This document shows positions 20,942 through 31,490 of a stretch of 36,368 bases of DNA, in pieces. The translations under genes and the position numbers were made by a program. Every line of letters starts with the position of its first letter. Within the stretch, counting starts at the first letter, position 1. The stretch comes from Octopus bimaculoides (Eukaryota): NCBI RefSeq assembly GCF_001194135.2, contig NC_068983.1, forward strand, positions 75,484,730-75,521,097. Reading direction: 5' to 3'. The notes below the pieces were generated by a model. That model had not been told where the DNA came from and searched no databases. It saw only the letters and a program-made list of their open reading frames with translations.

Positions 20942-21747
20942 GTTCTCTCTACAAAGAAATTTGATGAACAGTGGGTGAAAGTCACAAAGCTGGCACATAT
21001 GCCTGGGCCATAATTAAATTATGTAGTCAGATGAGAGCAAGCACCAGACGTACTAGGTGGTTGGAGTTTTGGGGTACTAAACTGCACTTGTCCTCACCAT
21101 ATGTGCAGTCAGTTTTGGTTTCATTTTCAGAGGCTGGATGACTTCAATATATGATGGTATCTGTTCAGTGGCCAGGCTAAATGGTCTCCTATCTGAACTA
21201 TTCTGAATCTTATGCTTTGTCAGCAAACAATATTCTCCCTCATTTCTCCTGTACATTTTGGTTCTTAAGCCATTGCAGCAGAAATTGGAGGTGTTAAGGG
21301 GCACCCTGTTTGAATAGGAAATGTACACAACCTCAATTTCATGGTATTGGACACCATAAAAGTTGAGGCAGCTGGTATTGTATTGAAGGAATACAATATG
21401 GTAACAGGAGCTTCTATTACTCAGGATAAATTGCTACAGTTTTCATCTGACTAGGCTGAAACTTCTCTTTAGCTTCTTGTAGAAAGAATGTGTTTCGCAA
21501 GTTATTCAGTCTCAAAAATTGCACTTGAAATGTTCTCAGGCAGTCATAGTTCTCTACAGGTGGTCAATGATATTGATGGCACATCAGCTCTTGCATTCAA
21601 TAATGGGTTAGAACTAAGGGAGAGGGACATGTTTTCGGACATTCTGGGCACTGATAAAAATCATTTGAATAGCCTTTTCCAAAAGACTTTTAGCTTGGTC
21701 ATTATGGACAACTTCCAGAAATCCAAGGCATTGCAGTGCTGGTTTAA

Positions 21748-21968
21748 CCCTTTTGTTACCATATTTCTTTTGAGATGCTCTGTGTTTCTTTCAATTACTT
21801 TAAATATAACAAAGAATTCAGTAAAATAACTTAGTTATCATTCAGGTAGTGTTAGGAACATAAATTGTGACTAAGGTTTGGTAGAAGATTTTAATTCAAA
21901 ACTTATGAAAACAAGACATTTGTACTACAGAGCCAGAGGTGGTTTCGGCCGGGATGGTATCAAAAGGG
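21748..21968. mobile_element. piggyBac-type MITE
   Basis: TTAA|CCCTTTTGTTACCAT ... ATGGTATCAAAAGGG|TTAA: TTAA target duplication and terminal inverted repeats starting CCC. Confidence 0.85.
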
Positions 21969-22584
21969 TTAAGATAAATGTCATAGGCCTGGCAGGGCTG
22001 TCTGCCTGGCTTCATTGAGATGCATGCAGGACAATGAAACTATTCTGCATTCATTACTCAGTGTTTGAGCATTGCTGAAATGTAATTACATTGAATAGCT
22101 GTTGTTGCAACTTCCAGGAAGTCCATTGTGAGAATTATCCAACCAATTTTCTTTGGTTGGGAACAAGTAGTTTTTCCTTGTGTGGTGGGTAAGATTGAAA
22201 GGACTGAAGACAGATAATTTTGTTTTCTTCAACAACTTTTTCAAGTTCCATTTGGAGAGGAAAATTAGGATGGAGATGGAGACAGTGTTCTCCTGTAAAT
22301 TTACTGAAAGGTGGATGAGAACAGCTAGAATTGTTTATGTGAATGAGATAAAATCCTGTCAAGGTTAACCTTTGCCCTTTCATCTCTCCAGGTCTCAATA
22401 AAATAAGGTGCCCATCATGTACTGGGTTGATCTGAAATTCCCATAAAGCATCCCAAACGTGAATGGGATTATAATAGGAAATTAAAGCTCTTTGAGCAGA
22501 CATGATCAAAACTATTCCAACTATGGCCTTCCTGTTTGTTTGAGGAATGTTTATGACTACACTATCTAATGTCTACTCCTTTAA

Positions 22585-22697
22585 TTTGTTGTTGCTGTTA
22601 TTGGTGTCCTTGCTGCTGCTGCTGTTGTTGTTGCTGTTATTACTAGTCCTGTTGTTCTGTTCACTAGATGCACACACACACATATACACACACACAC

Positions 22698-22766
<69 letters not shown>

Positions 22767-22907
22767 AATATACATGCACATAAATATGCATGCATGCATA
22801 CATATACATATACTTGCACATATACACACATATGCACACATGTGCATGCACATATACACATGCATGCATATGCACTTGCATGTGCACTTGCATGTGTACA
22901 TACATAC

Positions 22908-22960
<53 letters not shown>

Positions 22961-22977
22961 CATATATNNNNNNNNNN

Positions 22978-23013
<36 letters not shown>

Positions 23014-23161
23014 CACACATGCACACATACACATTCATGCATGCATACGTGTACACATAGTCACACACACATATTCCCACACACACAAATACATGTACAT
23101 GCACAGATGCACCCATGCTTACACATACACGCACATGCACATGCACACATACACACGCACA

Positions 23162-23200
<39 letters not shown>
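22585..23200. repeat. (TTG/CTG)n followed by compound (CA)/(TA)/(CATG) microsatellite
   Basis: Direct reading; source of many spurious ORFs. Confidence 0.9.
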
Positions 23201-23479
23201 TCCAGCAAAATAAACATCAATAGCTCAGTAGTGATGGATCAATAATGCCTGGTTTCCTCTGACAGCATCCTAAATCTTTCATGCAGAGACAGCTTCACCT
23301 GTTGTTCCACATGATGGCACACCTCATCAATACAACACAACATATATCTTACCACAGCCTTATATAACATAACATCAAAGAAGCTGCTGTATGGTCACTA
23401 AATCTGTTAGAAATAGCAGCTAAATATCCTGAAGAATCAGTCATTATTATCTTTAAAAAAAAACGTAGCAGAGGCAATA

Positions 23480-23656
23480 CAGTTCTATATATAAGAGATG
23501 AGGAATTATGTACATTATTTACATTTGACGGATATTTGTTTTCATCCTGTTTGTTGTTAACGCAACATTTCGGCTGATATACTCTCCAGCCTTCATCAGG
23601 TGTCTTGGGGAAATTTTGAACCTGGGTTCTCATTCCTAAGGTATTTTTTAATGTTG

Positions 23657-23700
<44 letters not shown>
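23480..23700 (-). mobile_element. Hammerhead-bearing Penelope-like terminal fragment, copy 1
   Basis: Reverse complement of 25660-25815; begins at an (AAT)n tract. Confidence 0.65.
23559..23604 (-). ncRNA. Minimal type I hammerhead ribozyme motif
   Basis: GACAC-CUGAUGA-A-GGCUG(GAGAGUAUAU)CAGCC-GAAA-UG-UU-GCGUU: intact core, perfect 5-bp stem II, one mismatch in stem I. Confidence 0.65.
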
Positions 23701-23705
<5 letters not shown>

Positions 23706-24525
23706 TTTTTTTTCTTCTTTCTTCAAATTTTCTTCCANNNNNNNNNNNNNNNNNNNNNNNNNNNNNNNNNNNNNNNNNNNNNNNNNNNNNNNNNNNNNNN
23801 NNNNNNNNNNNNNNNNNNNNNNNNNNNNNNNNNNNNNNNNNNNNNNNNNNNNNNNNNNNNNNNNNNNNNNNNNNNNNNNNNNNNNNNNNNNNNNNNNNNN
23901 NNNNNNNNNNNNNNNNNNNNNNNNNNNNNNNNNNNNNNNNNNNNNNNNNNNNNNNNNNNNNNNNNNNNNNNNNNNNNNNNNNNNNNNNNNNNNNNNNNNN
24001 NNNNNNNNNNNNNNNNNNNNNNNNNNNNNNNNNNNNNNNNNNNNNNNNNNNNNNNNNNNNNNNNNNNNNNNNNNNNNNNNNNNNNNNNNNNNNNNNNNNN
24101 NNNNNNNNNNNNNNNNNNNNNNNNNNNNNNNNNNNNNNNNNNNNNNNNNNNNNNNNNNNNNNNNNNNNNNNNNNNNNNNNNNNNNNNNNNNNNNNNNNNN
24201 NNNNNNNNNNNNNNNNNNNNNNNNNNNNNNNNNNNNNNNNNNNNNNNNNNNNNNNNNNNNNNNNNNNNNNNNNNNNNNNNNNNNNNNNNNNNNNNNNNNN
24301 NNNNNNNNNNNNNNNNNNNNNNNNNNNNNNNNNNNNNNNNNNNNNNNNNNNNNNNNNNNNNNNNNNNNNNNNNNNNNNNNNNNNNNNNNNNNNNNNNNNN
24401 NNNNNNNNNNNNNNNNNNNNNNNNNNNNNNNNNNNNNNNNNNNNNNNNNNNNNNNNNNNNNNNNNNNNNNNNNNNNNNNNNNNNNNNNNNNNNNNNNNNN
24501 NNNNNNNNNNNNNNNNNNNNNNNNN

Positions 24526-25041
24526 AACAACAGAAAAAAAGATGGTATAGACATACACCAGAAAAGGTCACAGAAAACGAGAAAGCAACCATACTCTGGG
24601 ATATGCCAATACACACAGATAGAGAAATTAAGGCCAATAGGTCAGATATAGTTGTCAGAGATCATGAAGGAAAAAAATGCTATGTATCAATACCAGCAGA
24701 TGACAACGTTTCCCTAAAAGAAATGAAGAAACTTTCAAAATAAAAAGACCTGGAAATAGAGGTAACTTGAATGTGGAATCTAAAAACAGAAAAAATTCCT
24801 ATCATAGTAGGCACCTGAGGTATGATAAAAAAATATTCAGACAAATACGTATCAAAAACACCAGGATTTGCAAATATATATAACATACAGAAAATTGCAC
24901 TTCTGGGCACTGCACACATCCTACGCAAAACACTTTCAATACAGTAACTATAAGAGCGTCACAGCAAACCACAGCACATATCCAAGGCACACAGAGCTGC
25001 GCTCGGTAGTGAAGTAAAAGCACATTATAAAAATAAAACTA

Positions 25042-25078
<37 letters not shown>
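24526..25078 (+). mobile_element. R4/Dong-like RLE LINE 3' fragment, copy 3
   Basis: Same endonuclease region and 3' UTR as copies 1 and 2, with stops and a small deletion; (AAT)n tail. Confidence 0.92.
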
Positions 25079-25216
25079 TAACATAACAAGTAACTGCAGA
25101 ATATGTGGCGATGGGCAAGAAACAATAAATCATATTATCTCTGGTTGCCCAGTCCTGGCTAAGAACAAATATATTCACAGACACGACAAAGCTGGGACCT
25201 ACATACACTGGAAGCT
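25079..25216 (+). mobile_element. R4/Dong-like LINE copy 4, CCHC knuckle region, running into a gap
   Basis: CRICGDGQETINHIISGCPVLAKNKYIHRHDKAGTYIHWK (CCHC knuckle plus RHD motif), starting immediately after the tail of copy 3. Confidence 0.9.
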
Positions 25217-25659
25217 NNNNNNNNNNNNNNNNNNNNNNNNNNNNNNNNNNNNNNNNNNNNNNNNNNNNNNNNNNNNNNNNNNNNNNNNNNNNNNNNNNNN
25301 NNNNNNNNNNNNNNNNNNNNNNNNNNNNNNNNNNNNNNNNNNNNNNNNNNNNNNNNNNNNNNNNNNNNNNNNNNNNNNNNNNNNNNNNNNNNNNNNNNNN
25401 NNNNNNNNNNNNNNNNNNNNNNNNNNNNNNNNNNNNNNNNNNNNNNNNNNNNNNNNNNNNNNNNNNNNNNNNNNNNNNNNNNNNNNNNNNNNNNNNNNNN
25501 NNNNNNNNNNNNNNNNNNNNNNNNNNNNNNNNNNNNNNNNNNNNNNNNNNNNNNNNNNNNNNNNNNNNNNNNNNNNNNNNNNNNNNNNNNNNNNNNNNNN
25601 NNNNNNNNNNNNNNNNNNNNNNNNNNNNNNNNNNNNNNNNNNNNNNNNNNNNNNNATAA

Positions 25660-25815
25660 TAATAATAACATCGAAAAATACCTTAAGAATAAGAACCCAG
25701 GTTCAAAATTCCCCCAAGAAAACCTGCTGAAGGCTGGAGGGTATATCATGCGAAACATTGTGTTAACAACAAACAAGATGAGGACAAATATCAGTCAAAT
25801 GTAAATAATGTAACA
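25660..25815 (+). mobile_element. Hammerhead-bearing Penelope-like terminal fragment, copy 2
   Basis: (AAT)n-acatcgaaaaatacc...cctgctgaaggctggagggtatatcatgcgaaacattgtgtt. The motif at 25719-25764 is more decayed than in copy 1. Confidence 0.6.
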
Positions 25816-25887
25816 GAGGCATTCAAAAATTGTTGTTTGAGATCTACAAAGAGACAATATGGTCGTAGTATGGAATGACTTTGTGTA

Positions 25888-25975
25888 TACGTCTACTCAG
25901 TCAGGGGATGACCGATGGCTAACCTATGGCTTACGTCTACTCAGTCAGGGGTTGACCGATGGCTAACCTATGGCT
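25888..25975. repeat. 44-bp tandem duplication
   Basis: tacgtctactcagtcagggg(a/t)tgaccgatggctaacctatggct, two copies, one mismatch. Confidence 0.95.
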
Positions 25976-26029
25976 AACCAATAACAATGCAAGCCAAATG
26001 CGGGAGCCTCTATATATAGTTTCTCTGTT

Positions 26030-26500
26030 TGCTAGAAATAACAGCTAAAATCTTTTTCAAATTACACTCTACCATCTAAAATAAAATGATATTGGCAAAC
26101 CTAATTTGACATAGGCAAAAAAAGACAGAATGATCACAACTGACTCGCCTTTGATCACATGTCTGCTCAATCAAGGTTTGCTTAGGGTTAAAAGATAGCC
26201 ATATTATGTTCTGTCTTGTCTCATCTGCTTTGCAATTTTGCTTAATGTTTCTGTAGCATTTGAAAAGCAGATAAACCACAAATTATGCCCAGGTCTATTG
26301 ACCTACCCTTTTATGTACTTATTTATTGATTTATTTTGTTATGGTGCTTGCAGGATCTCACCAGTAACCAACTTGTCCTTTTGTAAGTGGACAATATTAT
26401 CTTATGTGCATTTCCCTTTCTTAAAAGTGATTTGGTATGATTTGAAGAAGATTTTGCAGCTATTTCTAGTAGGTTGAGCAACCATGTAGATGTTTGCTTG
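26030..26500. repeat. Two oppositely oriented copies of an interspersed tagaaat(a/g)gcagctaaa repeat family
   Basis: The same motif recurs near 10545, 11160, 23405 and 33910. The class of element is unknown. Confidence 0.55.
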
Positions 26501-26727
26501 TTGGTTTTGGCCAATAGTAGTTCTTGTAGTTAATTATTATCTCTTGGTCAACCCTGATCCAAGATACTTGTTATTCATGATGTAATGTGGGACTGAACTC
26601 AAGCAAGTAACTTACCGCACAACATATCAAATTGACTAAAATTATGTGTATCAAAGTGTTCATTTTTAAATCAAGTATTCAATTAAAAATTCCATAAATA
26701 AATATGAAATGATAATGAGACTTCAGA

Positions 26728-26916
26728 CAAGAAGTTTTGCTTTCAAATCACATGGTTTGGGGTACAGTTCTCCTGCTTGACACCTTGAGTAAATATCATT
26801 TACTATAGTTCCAGGTTGACTAAGGCCTTGTGAGTGGATTTGGTAGACACATCATCATCATAGTCATCATCATTTAACGTCTGTTTTCCATGCTAGCATA
26901 TACAAATGTATGCATA

Positions 26917-26953
<37 letters not shown>

Positions 26954-26960
26954 ATAAATA

Positions 26961-27002
<42 letters not shown>

Positions 27003-27067
27003 AAAATATATATGTATACATATCTATATGTATATATGTATGTACATAAATAATGTGTGTGTGTGTG

Positions 27068-27138
<71 letters not shown>

Positions 27139-27139
27139 C

Positions 27140-27195
<56 letters not shown>

Positions 27196-27390
27196 AGTAT
27201 ATCTATGTATGTGCATGTCTTTGTGTTTGTTCCCTACCATCACTCGATAACTGTTGTCGATTTGTTTACATCCCTGTAACTTAGCAGTGCAGCAAGAGAG
27301 ACCAATAGAATAAGTATCAGGCTTAAAAAGAAAATGTACTGGGGTTGATTTGTATTATTAATGGCTAAAACAAGTAAAAAATAAAAGATA
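26728..27390 (+). mobile_element. Family A SINE with a greatly expanded internal microsatellite
   Basis: Head and gccttgtgagtggatttggtagac, then a (TG)/(TA) block, then the 3' half. Confidence 0.7.
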
Positions 27391-27603
27391 TGTTAGTCAA
27401 CACCAACATCTATCCCTGGGTACATGATCTTATGATACCCAACATACAAAGGCCTGGGCTTTCTTTCTTCAACAACATTGGTAGTGAAGATAAGGGAGAT
27501 TTCCATGCATGGACATCTTCTGGTCTTCAATAAAAAATTCTGTTCAGATCTGTATCTTGGAGAGGAGCTTTCCAATTGTAGATCCCTATTCTTATGATAT
27601 AGG

Positions 27604-27784
27604 CATGGCTGTGTTGTAAGAAGTTTGATTCCCAATCACATAGTTCTAGGTTCAATCCTTCTGCATGGCACCTTGGTAAGTGTCTTCTACTACAGTTCTG
27701 GGCCAGCCAAAGCCTTTTGAGTGGATTTGGTAAACAGAAACTGAAAGAAGCCTGTTGTATATATGTGTGTGTGTGTGTTTGTGC

Positions 27785-27827
<43 letters not shown>

Positions 27828-28020
27828 TCCTCATCACTGCTTGATAACCAGTGTTGGTTTGTTTATGTCCCTGTAACTTAGCAGTTTGGTAAAAGAGATT
27901 GATAAAATAGGTACCAAACTTAAAAAAAGTTAGTACTAGGGTCAATAAATTTGCTGAAATGCTTTGAGGCAGTACCTCATCAGGGTTACAGTCTAATGAC
28001 AGAAACTAGTAAAAGAGATA
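27604..28020 (+). mobile_element. Family A SINE, full length
   Basis: tggctgtgttgtaagaag...ggttcaatcc...ggaaactgaaagaagcc-type body...aatgacagaaac. Confidence 0.88.
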
Positions 28021-28092
28021 CAATAAAGTTGACCGCAACAACATTAGAACTCACAGTGCAGAGTATTAGAATAAATATAGTCTATCTTATAT

Positions 28093-28735
28093 GAAAGCAC
28101 ATGGCTCAATGGTTAAAGCAATGTTTCTCAAAGTGGGTGGTATTGATCCCTGAGGGTAGTGGAAAGTTCCAAGCGGGCATTGAAGAAAAGGGGGTGATAA
28201 TGGGGTAGTAATTCATGTAAAATGTGGGGCAATAATGGGGGTAATAATTCATGTAAAAACAACAAAATAATGGGTTTATTCGGTTAAGTTTTATTTGTGA
28301 AATACAGTTGCTTTGAATTTGCTTCAGAAAGAGGTCTATGTTTGTGATGGTTACTAGGAATGCAGCCTGGGTGTCAAGAGGGTGACAGCCTGAAAAAGTT
28401 TGGGAACCACTGGACTAAAGCATCAGGCTCACAATCATGAGGTAGTGAGTTTGGTTCCCAGACCAAGCTGCGTGTTGTGTTCTTGAGCAAGACACTTTAT
28501 TTCATGTTGCTCCAGTTCGCTTAGCTTTAGAAATGAGTAGTGACATCACTGGTGCCAAGCTGTATCAGCCTTTGCCTTTTCCTTGGATAACATCAGTGGC
28601 ATGGAGAGGGGAGGCTGGTATGCATGGGTGACTGCCGGTCTTCCATAGACAACCTTGCCTGGACTTGTGCCTCAGAAGGTAACTTTCTAGGTGCAATTCC
28701 ATGGTCATTCATGACTGAAGAAGGTTTTACCCTTT
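28093..28735 (+). mobile_element. Family D SINE interrupted by a MITE
   Basis: Colinear with 16174-16531 once 28119-28420 is removed. Confidence 0.88.
28119..28412. mobile_element. hAT (Charlie-type) MITE
   Basis: Ends CAATGTTTCTCAAA ... TTTGGGAACCACTG; 8-bp target duplication GGTTAAAG/GACTAAAG (6 of 8 match). Confidence 0.85.
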
Positions 28736-29169
28736 TTCACTCAATTTGATGCTCTTACAACTTTGCCAATTCATAATCAACTAATAATTTACTATACCTC
28801 CTCATAGTCTTAATTATACCTAAAAATTAATTGAAATACTTTGGCAGCCTACTCATTAGAAATACAGTTACAAATGAGTTGAGACCGACAACCATATAAA
28901 TACTTTATTTTCTCATAAACAGATAATAATAGACTTATAGCTATTTGCTAGAAAGTTGCAAAAGTAATGAAAAAAAAAATTTGGAAGGGGCAATGATAAT
29001 GTTTTAAAAACACATAAACCCCTGACCCTACCCTGTGGCAATTATTTGATGTTGTACCTGTAAACAAGACAAATTAGATTAGTTTTCACAGGTTTACCTC
29101 ACTGGAAAAAAGGAAACATTCTGCCAATACCCCCACTTCATGCTTCAGTGGGTTTGGTTAAGAAGAGCT

Positions 29170-29402
29170 TTTGCACAATATAGAACACATGCACACACAT
29201 GCACATGCACGCACACACACACACACACACACACATTCCATTAAAATTTGTGGAATGATTTGCTCTATATGGAAGCCATCCAATATGTCTGTCTGTCTGA
29301 CAGTCAGTCTGCCTGTCTGTCCGTTTGTCTGTCTGTCCATTTGTCTGTCTGTATCTATGTATGTATCTGCCTATCCATTTACCTATCTATCTATGTGTGT
29401 AT

Positions 29403-29439
<37 letters not shown>

Positions 29440-29700
29440 CATACATATATATATACATACACACACACATACAATTACATATATATAAATATACGTACAC
29501 ATATATGTATGTATATTATATGCTACATATGTGTACACATATATCTGAGTTTGTGTATTTTCTATGTGTGTTTGCATATACGTATGAAAGAGCGTATGTC
29601 TGTATGTAAGTATGTGGATGTCTATGCCTTTATGTATCTACGATTGAGTTGATTATTATGCATGTGTGTGTGTATGTGTATGCAGGTGTGTATGTTCATG
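29170..29700. repeat. Compound (CA)/(TCTG)/(TA) microsatellite region
   Basis: Direct reading. Confidence 0.85.
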
Positions 29701-29845
29701 TGTTTATGACCAAGTAGAGGAGTGAATTTGTGTGTGCAAATGTGAGTGTTATTCATGACTGCATGAGTATGAGTAAGAAAATCATATTTTTCTGTGACTA
29801 AGAACTTTTAAACCTTCATAAGATGACAATATTTCAAGAATTGTA

Positions 29846-30061
29846 GGGCAGCGAGCTAGCAGAGTCATTAGCATTCTGGACAAAATGTTTAGTGGAATTT
29901 CATCTGATTTAACATTCTGAGTTCAAATTTCGCCAAGGTTGATATTGCCTTTCATCCTTTTGGGGTCAATAAATTGAGTACCAGTTGAGCACTGGGGTCG
30001 ATGTAATTGACTAACCTACTTCCACCGAAATTGCTGGCCTTGTGCCAAAATTTGAAACCAA
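29846..30061 (+). mobile_element. Family B SINE, best-preserved copy
   Basis: ggcagcgagctagcagag...ttctgagttcaaatttcgcc (B box)...ccttgtgccaaaatttgaaacc. Confidence 0.9.
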
Positions 30062-30123
30062 TATTTCAAGGATTATGCTATCACACAGTAGCAAACTGAT
30101 TTACTGGAAATAACACAAAAAGA

Positions 30124-30405
30124 CATTCGAGCGAGATCGTTGCCAGTGCAGCTGGACTGGATCCTGTGCAGGTGGCATGTAAAATACACCATTTTGAGCG
30201 TGGCCGTTGCTAGTACCGCCTGACTGGCCCTCGTGCCGGTGGCACATAAAAGCACCCACTACACTCTCAGAGTGGTTGGCGTTAGGAAGGGCATCCAGCT
30301 GTAGAAACTCTGCCAAATCAGATTCGAGCCTGGTGTAGCCATCTGGTTCACCAGTCCTTAGTCAAATCGTCCAACCCATACTAGCAGGGAAAGCGGACGT
30401 TAAAC

Positions 30406-30440
<35 letters not shown>
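30124..30440 (+). mobile_element. Family C RTE-tailed retroposon
   Basis: Near-colinear with 1-294; (GAT)n tail. Confidence 0.9.
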
Positions 30441-30441
<1 letters not shown>

Positions 30442-30569
30442 CACCCAGATCACACTCAACATATACTAATGACTTTACAAAAAAGGCATAAACACTGGGT
30501 AATAACAATAGTCTGGGGTACAATTTATCTGCTTAACAAAAAGATAGGTTGGGGTAATGCCATTGATTA

Positions 30570-30680
30570 TACCAATTCACTAAATGCTTTGGTCAGCTTG
30601 AGTTTATAGCAGAAGACACATGCAGTGGGACTGAACCTAGAACCATGTGATTGAGAAGTGAATTTCTTACCACACAGCCA
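30570..30680 (-). mobile_element. Family A SINE 5' fragment
   Basis: gcagtgggactgaacctagaaccatgtg...cttaccacacagcca. Confidence 0.75.
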
Positions 30681-30805
30681 CATCTGTTAATACTGAAAAT
30701 TTGAGTTTGTTCTCAGGAAAAAAAACCAAAAAAAACCCCAGAAAACAGTTTCAAGATGAAAACCAAAACTGAAAGATCTTATGGTAAGCTGAGTGAAATA
30801 CTTAC

Positions 30806-30931
30806 TTCCTTCACAGTACTGATGTCTTTTTCAAGAGTTTTGTTTTTCTCTTCTAATAATGTACACTTCAGTTGGAGAGTCCCCAAAGATTCTTTGAAAA
30901 TATCACTTTCGGCTTTGATCTTTCCTTTTTC
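30806..30931 (-). CDS. Coding exon B of the coiled-coil gene
   Basis: Acceptor ggttttgattttacag|G and donor GAA|GTAAGT. 126 nt, phase 0-0: EKGKIKAESDIFKESLGTLQLKCTLLEEKNKTLEKDISTVKE. Confidence 0.88.
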
Positions 30932-31090
30932 CTGTAAAATCAAAACCGTTTGCAACAATTAGGAATACATAATAACTCAAACTGTTAAAAGTGCCAGTCA
31001 AATATATTTGAAATTACACCCAACTTTCTTAAAAAAAAAATTGAAGGATACATTACACAGTTAGTTTTTGATATAAAAAATAAAAATCCA

Positions 31091-31490
31091 TAGGCGCAGG
31101 AGAGGCTGTGTGGTTAGTAGCTTGCTTACCAATCACATGGTTCCAGGTTCATTCCCACTGCGTGGTACCTTGGGCAAGTGTCTTCTATTATAGCCTTGGG
31201 TCAATCAAAGCCTTGTGAGTGGATTTGGTACATGGAAACTGAAAGAAGCCTGTCGTATGTATGTGTGTGTATATGTTTGTGTGTCTGTCTTTGTCCCCCC
31301 CAACATCGCTTGACAACTGATGGTGGTGTGTTTACGCCCCCGTAACTTAGCAGTTCGGCAAAAGAGACTGATAGAACAAGTACTAGGCTTACAAAGAATA
31401 AGACCTGGGGTCGATTTGCTCGACTAAAGGTGGTGCTCCAGCATGGCCGCAGTCATGTGACTGAAACAAGTAAAAGAGTAAAAGAGTAAA
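31091..31490 (+). mobile_element. Family A SINE, full length and relatively young
   Basis: aggcgcaggagaggctgtgtggtt...ggttcattccc...ccttgggcaagtgtc, ending in an (AAAAGAGT)n tail; many CpGs retained. Confidence 0.92.

Noticed and set aside
22135-22370. Possible CR1-like remnant (NGLP motif)
   Set aside because: The motif is too short and degraded to support a call.
26590-26625. Strong minus-strand donor GCG|GTAAGT
   Set aside because: It is part of a decayed family A SINE head; no matching acceptor or open frame.
27393-27635. 80-aa minus-strand ORF as an extra exon
   Set aside because: No coiled-coil character, phases are incompatible, and it begins inside a SINE.
29030-29060. Acceptor-like ttgtttacag|GTACAAC on the minus strand
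   Set aside because: The nearest donor gives a 26-nt frame-breaking exon with no heptad pattern.
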